Assembly: GCF_902713615.1 (NCBI RefSeq)
Contig: NC_052156.1
Location: 141,898,404-141,962,403 of the forward strand
Length of the DNA: 64,000 nt
Direction of reading: 5' to 3'
Source: Scyliorhinus canicula
Lineage: Eukaryota
In this document: positions 26,461 to 36,622 of the stretch, piece by piece
Position numbering within the stretch: position 1 is the first letter of the stretch
How the letters are laid out: each line of letters begins with the position of its first letter
Notes under the pieces: generated by a model
Told to the model about the DNA's origin: nothing
The model's database searches: none
The model's input: the letters and a program-made list of their open reading frames with translations, nothing else
Program-made: the position numbers and the translations under genes

Positions 26461-29054
26461 CAATTGGGTATAGACACTCTAAATAGCATGGCACAAGCTC
26501 ACACTGTAGTTTATGTTCTAATTTGCCATTTTAATGCAGAAACTAATTTTCAGCAGAGAGGCAGGAAGTTCGAGCAGACCTGTCTCTTTTAAAAGGATAC
26601 CCTGTCTGCAGAAGAGTGCTGAGGTGGACTGGCTAGACGGCCCGGCTCGGTTCAAGACTTTGACCCAGTTGTGTAAAAGTTATACCCTCTAGCTCTTAAC
26701 CCTTTAACCCCGAGCCTCAAAGTTCCTACATCCTCAAATCACCTCCATGCACTTCCTACCCCCATGTTATCTCCATGCTCCTATAACTCCATGTCACTTC
26801 CATGCGAGCTAATACCCCCATGTCACCTCCATTTCCCTCACTCCATGTTACCTCCAGCTCACACCCCCATTCCACCCATATCCCCGTGCCACCTCCATTG
26901 CCACTCATCCAGTATGGACTATGGGCAGACTGCAAGAGCTATCTGGAGATGATATCTTCACACCCATATACTGGTTTTCCCCTTCGGGGAATAATGGGGA
27001 AGTAGTGGAAGGATTTCCAAACTGATTATCAGACCATTGAACACACATTCTGTGGCCAACAAGCACATTGGACGTGAACACTGAGCTTCTGGTCCAGCGG
27101 TAGGGATGCTAAAACTGAGACACAAGGCCTCCTGTATAAAAACTTAAATTTCTAATAATCCAAGAGTGCTCTCTCTCCCATGACACTTGATACTGAAAAA
27201 AAACCTCATCATGAAACCCATTCAATAAATTTAAATCCTCTCAAGTGGCCAAACTAAAGCAAAAGCAAACTGTTATTCAATAATAGCTAATTATTTAATA
27301 ATCTCTCTGAACTGTCGATCAAAATGTGAACGCTGCCCCTTGCTCAGGTAAGTGGTTATGGAGCTTGTGAAACTCACCCAAGCATTTATAATAGACGTAG
27401 CTGTCAAAACATTCCTTGGGAAGTATCGACAACGAAGTCTGTTGGAGCTAGGGAAGCTTATGATTCCCTGTTGCTTTCTCCATGACAACGCCTTGGCCTC
27501 TCAGAGTCGACTTGACAACCAATCAACACTTTTATCTACTGTGGTATAAACTGTTGTGATCATTTGAAATTTGGCAATCTTGCATTTGTCCTGGTGAGTG
27601 CAAGACAAAAGGCTTCAGCGGCATATCTGTCTTTCAGCAATATTCAAGTTCTGTACTACCAAGTGATTGTTTCAATTGATACTGCAATAACAAATGGCTT
27701 CTTTATTTTCCGAATCTACACCGGATGGCTTGTCAATCAATGGACTCCAGCTGCAGATGTCTGCTCTTTTATTCTAACCCTAAGCTGTAGCCAATTTCTT
27801 TTCACTTTTAAAGGGCTGGAGATTTAAATCACTTCAGATCATGACATTTGAACATGACATCCTCTGTAAAATTGTGGTTCTCACATTGTGTTTGGGTCCC
27901 TGGAAAATGGGTGCGTTAGAGCATTAATTTCAAATGGCCCTGCTCAATTCAGATATCCTGCCATCATAAGTGGATTCTGCCAGAAATGGGTGCGGGGCTT
28001 CTGCACTGGAGTCTCCCGCCAGCCATTTTCCAAGCCTTAAAGTCAGCCAGACTCACGAAAATCTGCCCTGAAATCTCAATATAATAAATTATATCATAAA
28101 TCAATACAGTAAGACGTCCTACTGTAAATGCCGATATCAAAGAAGAAACCGTCAAATTTAGCAAATCTACTCTCAATGCTTTGAGTAGATACTAGTGTAG
28201 CCTAAGAAATAGGAAAGACAGTCTAGGAGATGGCTAAGAGGGGCTCAGAGTTGACTTACTTTACTATTTTCCCTTTCATGTTTGGGAAACCTCTGATACT
28301 CAACTTACGGTAGTTGTTCGCTATCTCAACAAAGCCGAGATATGGAAATCAGCAGGTGGAGGTGGGAATGCAGAAGGCGAACTTCACTCCACAGTGCAGT
28401 GTGCAGGTGTTACAACATGAGGCGTCATCAGACTGCATATCCCAAAATGTCAGCTCTAAGCCAATTATCCAGCTGCACTTGAATTTCCATTTTATTCAGA
28501 GATACTGGATGTTAGAAATCATTTGTGTAATTCAGAAAATAGGCCGGTACATGCACAAACATTAACTAGTGGCCTTAAAGAACAATTAAACTGTATGTAG
28601 TGGATCAGCCTTTTAAATAGTGTTGCAGAAGGATTTTTGTTGTCTGTTAGAAAAGACTTGCATTTATATAGCGCTTTACATAGCCACGCAGTGGGTAGCA
28701 TCCCTGCCTGAGCCAAAAGTACCAGGTTTCAGTCCCACCCCAGGACTTGATGGCCAAGGAAGGTGCATTAATAACATGGTCAAAAGGGTTGCCAATGGCT
28801 GGCGGTAAGAGCGGAAGGGATTCCTGGTCAGCCATGCTTGATGTGGAGTGGCGCCCCCTCAAGCTAGACGCCTCTGATGACAGACTAGCAAACGGTTCCA
28901 GGAATTACTAGCTACAGAAACAGCTGATGATCTGCCATAGTGCACCACTACATGTGGGAAAAGAATTGGAATTACAATTACGTGGCCACTGAATGTCTCA
29001 AAGTACTTTGCAGCCAGGGCAGTGTTTTTGAAGTATCGTTTTTTGAAAAATAAT

Positions 29055-30530
29055 TCAAGGGGTGTGGGCATCGCTGGTTAGGCCAGCATTTATTACCCAT
29101 TCCTAATTTCACTTCAGAAATGGTGGTGAGCTGCCTTCTTGAACCACTGCAGTCCCCGAGGTGTAGGTACAATTAAGTGCTGTTAGGGAGGGAGTTCCAG
29201 GATTTTGATCCAGCAGCAGTGAAGGAAGGGCGATATATTTCCAAGTTAGGATTGTGAGTGGCTTGGAAAGAAATTTCCAGATGGTGGGGTTCCCAATTAT
29301 CTGCTGCCTTTGTCCTTCTAGATGGTAGTGGTCATGGGTTTGAAAGGTGCAGCCTAAGGAGCCTTGGTGAGTTCCCGCAGTGCATCTTGTAGATTGTACA
29401 CTACTGTGCATCAGTGGTGGTGGGAGTGAGTGTTTGTGGCTGGGGTGCCAATCAAGCGGGTTACTTTATCCTGGATGCCGTGAGTTCAATGAGTGTTGTT
29501 GGAGTTGCACTCATCCAGGAGAGTATTCCATCACACTCCTGACTTGTTCCTTCTAAATGGTGGACAGTCTTTGGGGAGTCAGGACACGAGTAACTCACCG
29601 CAGGATTCCTAGTCTCGGACCTGCTCTTGTAGCCACAATATTTATATGGCTCGTCCAGTTAAATTTCTGGTCAATGGTAACCCCAGGATGTTGATAATGG
29701 GGGATTCAGCAGTGGTAATGCCATTGAATGTCATGGGGTGATGGTTAGATTCTCTCTTGTTGGAGATGGACATTGCCTGTAACATGAATGGTTCTTGCCA
29801 CTTGTCAGACCAAGCCTGGATATTGCTCAGGTCTTGTTGCATTTGGACATGGATAGCTTCAGTATCTGTGGAGTTGCAAATGGTACTGAACATTGTGCAT
29901 CATCAGCAAACATCTCCAATTCTGACCAAATGATGGAAGGAACATCATTAACAAAGCAGCTGAAGACAGTTGGACCACGGACATGACCCGGAGAATCTGG
30001 GATGTTCTGGAGCTGTGGTGACTGAGCTCCAACAACCACAACCTTTTTCCTTTGTGCCAGGTATGACTCCAACCAGCGGAATATTGACCCTGATTCCCAT
30101 TGATTCCAGTTTCACTGGGACCCCTTGATGCCGCGTACGGTCAAATGTGGCCTCCATATGAAGAGTAATCACTCTTACCTCACCTCTGCAATTCAACTCT
30201 TTTGTCCTTTGAACCAAGGCTGTAAATAGGTCAGGAGCTGAGTGGCCCTCGTGGAACCCAAACTGAGCGTCAGTGAGCAGGTTATTTGCTTTGCAAGTGT
30301 CGCTTGACAGCACTGTTGATGACCCCTTCCATCACTTTACTGATGATTGAGAATAGACTGATGGGGTGGTAGTTGGCCAGGTTGGATTTGTCCTGCTTTT
30401 TGTGTACAGGACGTACCTGGGCATTTTTCCATGTTGTTGATGAGATGCCAGTGTTGTAGCTGTACTGGAACAGCTCGGCTAGGGGTGCAGCAAGTTCTGG
30501 AGCACAAGTCTTCAATACCTTTGCCAGAAT
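29055..30530 (-). mobile_element. Degenerate CR1-group LINE, RT and 3' region
   Basis: KTCAPELAAPLAELFQYS..VHKKQDKSNLANYHPISL, AQFGF, GPTVFSCFVND, MFADD. Multiple disruptions. Confidence 0.85.
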
Positions 30531-32000
30531 ATTGTGGGTCCTCCAACAACTCTGGGATCTTTATTTACTTAAATATATTAACAGTTATTTTTAAAACTTC
30601 TGACATACCCCATGGATCCCTACAGAGTAGCCCGATCTAACATTGTGAGCATCAGACATCTACCGTAGAATGAGTGCGCCATGCACAATCCTAGATGCCC
30701 GCTTTACCAACACATTTTTAGATCAGTCCAGAGAATGTAGGGGGTGGTTTATTTGTGGGGCCGTGAGGGTATAGTGCTGTAGAAGAAACTCTGAAACTAT
30801 TTTTTGTGTCAAGAAAAAAGTTCAAATATGAATGAAAAAACAGGAAAAATAGGAATAAAAAAATTAGGTAATCTGACAAATAGAATTATATTTTACTTTA
30901 CATGCTTGCATTATATTAAACGTAGTTCAATGATGTACCACAACAGTTGCTTAATAAACTGCAGAAATGGTATTTCCATGTACTTGACTACTGTATTAAG
31001 TTTTGCAGCAGATAAAGAAATACTAAATTTAAAAAACACTTTTTTGTAGGTACAGTATATATTTTTTTTCAAACTGCTCATAACTCAATTTGTTAAACTA
31101 TCTTAACTTAATGGTAATATGGGCACATCATGACGAGCTTGAGTGTATTACTACATTGTCTGCCCCACCTTAGGAACAATGGCTGCTTTGTAAGAAGCTG
31201 GTCGCTTTGTGCTTTTTGTGAGCAATACAATTTCATTTATTTTGTTCTGAGACTCAGGCTTTAGGATTGTTCCTGAAGAATAATCCTTTGGCCAATAATT
31301 CTTTGTTACACTCAAATTAGATAAATTCCTCCTGATATTAAGAGTGTAATTCTGGCTTTTCTGTATTGAACAACAATTGACTGATTCAGGAATCAATAAA
31401 TGAAAACTACAAAAATATCTCCATAGCAACACTCTTTAAGGCAAATTTGTTTCACAGGCAACAGTGTTTTTTGCCCAGGTGCAAAGTGAGAGCTCAGGGA
31501 ATGTAGCACATACTTTGAAACCATCACATTCCATGCACAAAAATTCCATTGAGGTATTATTTTATTGGTTTTGCTAAAGGTCAGTTTGCTGAAATGGATA
31601 CATTTCACCACCGCCCCCTAACCCCAGCGTTCCATCTATTATACTGTCTCGTGAAAAGCCATTTAATTGTTTTCAGTTTGTTTTTCAAAGTAATTCTCCC
31701 AATTCCTCAACCCTTCCAGCTTAATCTTTCTGCTGACATAAGAAGGATGCTCACTAACTTGATTCCTGATCTTTTTACCAATGGCCCTTTTGACCACTGT
31801 TTGGAGGGTTGAATTAAAATGCATCCCAGATCAATGTGAGCTTTGTGCGTGTTGGTGGTGAATTGAGATTGTTAAAATTCCCATTCTCTAAGGTCAGTGT
31901 TCCAACACTCAACACTGTCTAAAAATCAGTAAGTTTTCTTTAATTGTTTGCTACACTCCAACAATAACATCAGACCAGATTCAGCAACCGTGTTGTGCCC

Positions 32001-34710
32001 ATAAGACCATAAGACATAGGAGTGGAAGTAAGGCCATTCGGCCCATCGAGTCCACTCCGCCATTCAATCATGGCTGATGGGCATTTCAACTCCACCTACC
32101 AGCATTCTCCCCGTAGCCCTTAATTCCTCGCGACATCAAGAATTTATCTATCTCTGCCTTGAAGCCATTTAGCGTCCCGGCCTCCACTGCACTCCGCGGC
32201 AATGAATTCCACAGGCCCACCACTCTCTGGCTGAAGAAATGTCTCCGCATTTCTGTTCTGAATTTACCCCCTCTAATTCTAAGGCTGTGCCCACGGGTCC
32301 TCGTCTCCTCGCCTAACGGAAACAGTTTCTTTGCGTCCACCCTTTCTAAGCCATGTATTATCTTGTAAGTTTCTATTAGATCTCCCCTTAACCTTCTAAA
32401 CTCCAATGAATACAATCCCAGGATCCTCAGCCGTTCATCATATGTTAGACCCGCCATTCCAGGGATCATCCGTGTGAATCTCCGCTGGACACGCTCCAGT
32501 GCCAGTATGTCCTTCCTGAGATGTGGGGCCCAAAACTGGACACAGTACTCCAAATGGGGCCTAACCAGAGCCTTATAAAGGCTCAATAGCACATCGCTGC
32601 TTTTATATTCCAACCCTCTTGAGATAAATGACAACATTGCATTCGCTTTCTTAATCACAGATTCAACCTGCATGTTTACCTTTAGGGAATCCTCGACTAG
32701 CACTCCCAGATCCCTTTGTACTTTGGCATTATGAATTTTCTCACCGTTTAGAAAGTAGTCTATGCTTGGATTCTTTTTTCCAAAGTGCAAGACCTCACAT
32801 TTTCTCACGTTGAATTGCATCAGCCATTTCCTGCACCACTCTCCCAAACTGTCTAGATCCTTCTGCAGCCTCCCCACTTCCTCAGCACTACCTGCCTGAC
32901 CACCTAACTTCGTATCATCGGCAAACTTCGCTAGAATGCCCCCAGTCCCTTCATCCAGATCATTAATATATATGGTGAACAGCTGTGGCCCCAACACTGA
33001 ACCCTGTGGGACACCGCTGGTCACCGGCTGCCATTCTGAAAAAGAACCTTTTATCCCAACTCTCTGCCTTCTGTCAGACAGCCAATCCTCAACCCATGCC
33101 AGTAGCTCACCTCGAACACCATGGGCCCTCACCTTACTCAGCAGCCTCCTGTGTGGCACCTTATCAAAGGCCTTTTGGAAATCCAGATAGACCACATCCA
33201 CTGGGTTTCCCTGGTCTAACCTACTTGTCACCTCCTCAAAGAATTCTAACAGGTTCGTCAGGCACGACCTCCCCTTACTAAATCCATGTTGACTTGTTCT
33301 AATCCGACCCTGCTCTTCCAAGAATTTAGAAATCTCATCCTTAACGATCGATTCTAGAATTTTACCAACAACCGAGGTTAGGCTAATTGGCCTATAATTT
33401 TCCATCTTTTGTCTTGATCCTTTCTTGAGCAAGGGGGTTACAACAGCGATCTTCCAATCGTCCGGGACTTTCCCTGACTCCAGTGATTTTTGAAAGATCT
33501 CAACCAACGCTTCCGCTATTTCTTCAGCCACCTCTCTCAGAACTCTAGGGTGTAGCCCATCGGGGCCAGGAGATTTGTCAATTTTAAGACCTTTTAGCTT
33601 TTTTAGCACCATCTCTTTTGTAATGGCAACCATACTCAACTCAGCCCCCTGACCCTCTATAATTTTTGGGATATTACTCATGTCTTCCACTGTGAAGACA
33701 GACGCAAAGTACTTATTAAGTTCTCCAGCCATTTCCTCGTCTCCCATCACTAGCCTTCCGGAATCAGTTTGAATTGGCCCAATGTCTACTTTGGCCTGTC
33801 GTTTGTTTCTTATGTATTGAAAGAAACTTTTACTATCATTTCTTATATTACTGGCTAGCCTGCCTTCATATTTGATCCTCTCCTTCCTTATTTGTCTCTT
33901 TGTTAACCTCTGTTTGTTTTTGTAGCCTTCCCAATCTTCTGATTTCTCAGTGCTTTTGGCCACTTTATAGGATCTCTCTTTTTCTTTGATACATTTCCTG
34001 ACCTCCTTTGTCAGCCATGGCTGTCTAATCCCTCCCCGGATAATCTTTCTTTTCTTGGGGATGAACCTCTGTACAGTGTCCTCAATTATGCATACAAACT
34101 CCTGCCATTTTTGCTCTGCTGTCTTCCCCACTAGGGTCTGCTTCCAGTCGATTTTCGCCAGTTCCTCTCTCATGCCCTCGTAATTATCTTTATTTAACTG
34201 TAACACCATTACATCCGATTTTGCCTTCTCTCTTTCAAACTGCAGACTGAACTCAATCATATTATGATCGCTGATTCCTAAGTGTTCCCTTACTTTAAGA
34301 TCTTTTATAAAGTCTGGTTCATTACATAGCACTAGGTCCAGAATAGCCTGCTCCCTTGTGGGCTCCATGACAAGCTGTTCCAAAAAGCCATCTTGTAAGC
34401 ATTCCATGAATTCCTTTTCTTTGGATCCACTGGCTATGTTATTTACCCAATCCACCTGCATATTGAAGTCCCCCATGATCACCGTGACGTTGCCTTTCTG
34501 ACATGCCTTTTCTATTTCCCGGTACATGTTGCGCCCCTGGTCCTGACCACTGTCAGGAGGCCTGTACATAACTCCCATTATGGTTTTTTTGCCTTTGTGG
34601 TTCCTCAATTCTACCCACACAGACTCCACATCATCCGACCCTATGTCGTTTAGTGCCATAGATTTAATTTTGTTCTTAACTAACAAGGCAACCCCACCCC
34701 CTCGGCCCAC
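32001..34710 (-). mobile_element. Young 5'-truncated CR1 LINE with 9-bp TSD
   Basis: TSD GTTGTGCCC at 31992-32000 and 34711-34719. 3' tail of short TCTTATG(G) repeats. Uninterrupted ORF2. Confidence 0.95.
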
Positions 34711-34848
34711 GTTGTGCCCGGCACAGATCCGGGCACAACGGGTGAATCGCGCGCGAGCCCCAAATCTGGCTCTCTGCTGGGCCGATTGTGAGTCACCCAA
34801 CTTGCTCAGCCTCACTGGGCATGATCCTGATCTGCATATTAGGCCCAT
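32086..34848 (-). CDS. 920-aa chimeric ORF: about 46 flank-derived codons fused to CR1 ORF2 (N-truncated APE + intact RT)
   Basis: GGGVALLVK, YRPP, GDFN, SDHN (APE); NYRPISLTS, DFQKAFDKVPH, GVPQGSVLGP, KFADD (RT). No stop or frameshift. Expression not shown. Confidence 0.7.
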   Translation of the reverse strand: MGLICRSGSCPVRLSKLGDSQSAQQRARFGARARFTRCARICAGHNVGRGGGVALLVKNKIKSMALNDIGSDDVESVWVELRNHKGKKTIMGVMYRPPDSGQDQGRNMYREIEKACQKGNVTVIMGDFNMQVDWVNNIASGSKEKEFMECLQDGFLEQLVMEPTREQAILDLVLCNEPDFIKDLKVREHLGISDHNMIEFSLQFEREKAKSDVMVLQLNKDNYEGMREELAKIDWKQTLVGKTAEQKWQEFVCIIEDTVQRFIPKKRKIIRGGIRQPWLTKEVRKCIKEKERSYKVAKSTEKSEDWEGYKNKQRLTKRQIRKERIKYEGRLASNIRNDSKSFFQYIRNKRQAKVDIGPIQTDSGRLVMGDEEMAGELNKYFASVFTVEDMSNIPKIIEGQGAELSMVAITKEMVLKKLKGLKIDKSPGPDGLHPRVLREVAEEIAEALVEIFQKSLESGKVPDDWKIAVVTPLLKKGSRQKMENYRPISLTSVVGKILESIVKDEISKFLEEQGRIRTSQHGFSKGRSCLTNLLEFFEEVTSRLDQGNPVDVVYLDFQKAFDKVPHRRLLSKVRAHGVRGELLAWVEDWLSDRRQRVGIKGSFSEWQPVTSGVPQGSVLGPQLFTIYINDLDEGTGGILAKFADDTKLGGQAGSAEEVGRLQKDLDSLGEWCRKWLMQFNVRKCEVLHFGKKNPSIDYFLNGEKIHNAKVQRDLGVLVEDSLKVNMQVESVIKKANAMLSFISRGLEYKSSDVLLSLYKALVRPHLEYCVQFWAPHLRKDILALERVQRRFTRMIPGMAGLTYDERLRILGLYSLEFRRLRGDLIETYKIIHGLERVDAKKLFPLGEETRTRGHSLRIRGGKFRTEMRRHFFSQRVVGLWNSLPRSAVEAGTLNGFKAEIDKFLMSRGIKGYGENAGRWS

Positions 34849-34868
34849 TTAAATACCCAGGCATCGTC

Positions 34869-36390
34869 GGCGCGATTCTCCGCTCCCGCGGAAAATCGTG
34901 AAGGCCGTCGTGAAATTGGCCGACTTTAACGACGGCCCGATACGGCCCCGCTCACGAGCTATTCACGCCCCGGAAATGGGCTAGGAGCGGGGCCGCGGGA
35001 ATCACGTGAAAAATGACGCCATAAGCCTGCGACGCCCGAATGACGGCAGAATGACGCCACTCCGCGTCGTAAAAAGGCGCGAGCGGCCAGAACAACGGAA
35101 GAAGAGGAGAGGATGAGTCAGCCACGGAGGGCCGCCTCAAGGTTCGGAGAGCCAGACCTCGAGACCCTCCTAGATGAGGTTCAGCAGAGGAGGAGCATCA
35201 TCTGCCCTAGAAGAGGGCATCACCACCCTGCGAGTGTTGTGCGACGGGCCTGGCGTGAGGTGGGCACTGCAGTGAGTGCTGTGGGGCAGACCCCTCGGTG
35301 TGGGGAGCACTGCCGCAAAAAGCTGCACAACCTCATCAGGGCTGCTAGGGTAAGTGCCAAGAGGGTGCCCCCGGGCCACAACAATCCCCCCCCCCCCATG
35401 TACTTAATCACCCACCTCCCCCCCGGCACGAGGGGGAGGGGGAGGGAGGCAGAGTGAGTGGAGGGTGGTTAACCAAGTAGTCACAGACCCACTTGAGCGC
35501 TGCGACCCCCTGGAGAGATGCAATGGTTTAGTTCCAACTTTACCCCCCAACCTTTGCCAATATGTGAAAGCCCTGATGATACCTGCCAAATTGATGATCT
35601 ATCTATGCCCCCCCCCCCCCCCAAACAGGACAAGACTGCTCATAATAACCGGGAGCGCAACAGGACCGGAGGGGCTTCACCCATTTTCTACCCCCTGACC
35701 ACGTTCGAGCAGAGGGCACTGGACCTTGCTGGGGAATCTGCCACCCGGGAGGTGTCCCATCACACTCTGCCCACTGGACCGTCCTACATCCGGCCGAGCG
35801 TTTCTAAATAACCCCGTTTCATTCTCTTCCCTAGGACGCGCTGCCGGAACGACCAGCGCCGTCTGCTTCCAGGCAAAGACGAGCATCTGCTGTCACCACC
35901 ACCTCACCCAGGGCCGCACGCCAGAGGGTGCCGGGAGCACAGTCAGGGGTGCCATCCTCCCAAACCGAATCTGTGGAGCAGGAGGCGCAGAGGACGGTGA
36001 CAGAGGGAGAGGGAGAAATGGGCCGTGAACGCCCTGCGGCCGCTCATCATTGGGCCGATGACCTCGATGACATTTGTACAGATGAGGACCTAGAGCTTGC
36101 GGCACTGCTGTCTCCCACACCATCCACCATCCCAGAGACACTCACCTCCGTTGGCCTATTTAGTGATGAGGCTCCTGGGTCACGGTCTGGTCTGCACAAT
36201 ACAGCTGAGCCGGTACAGCAGGTGGAGGTCGGAGCAGCCGAGGGCCCGGACTGTCGGAGGGCAGGCCAGGCCCAGCATTCGGCTGGCTCCTAGACGTTTC
36301 CCGGGTTCCTGGATTTACTTGACCCACCCGCACAGCCGATGCATTTCGAAACCCAGGGACACAATGAGGGGATGAGGGCCGTCTTCCAGC
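34869..36390 (+). mobile_element. Truncated Harbinger/PIF transposon carrying the Myb-like accessory gene; transposase absent
   Basis: Left TIR GGCGCGATTCTCC, same class as the MITE TIRs, CpG-rich subterminal region, Myb/SANT ORF downstream. No right TIR seen. Confidence 0.8.
35113..36293 (+). CDS. Harbinger Myb/SANT-like DNA-binding protein; predicted exons 35113-35349, 35629-35751, 35835-36293 (272 aa)
   Basis: Exon 1 RFGEPDLETLLDEV..AWREVGTAVSAVG..RCGEHCRKKLHNL is a NAIF1/MSANTD-type domain. Donor AGG|gtaagt, acceptor aaacag|, exon 2 DKTAHNNRERNRTGG..LTTFEQRALDL. Second donor GAG|gtgtcc is weak; acceptor ttctcttccctag| is strong. Confidence 0.65.
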
Positions 36391-36622
36391 CAATGGAGGC
36401 CCCCGGATGGTATCCTGGCACCTGCCAGCCAGTCACTCTAGTTGTGCCACCCAGGTACAGCTGGGGTGCCCAGGTAGCACTGTCAGGGGTCAGGCCGGAG
36501 GGGGGGGGCCTTCCCTATTGGAGGCGTGGTGGGGATGTTTCCAGGGACCTCGAGATGGTTGAGGGGTCAATAAAGCAGGGAGGCATGTAGAGGTCTGGGC
36601 TGCTGTTGAAAATGGTGCCCAA

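Noticed and set aside
32001-34710. Autonomous active CR1
   Set aside because: It lacks the 5' UTR, ORF1 and the N-terminal endonuclease motifs.
32159-34852. + strand ORFs overlapping the CR1 (and similar ORFs opposite other LINEs)
   Set aside because: Antisense shadows of the LINE ORF2.
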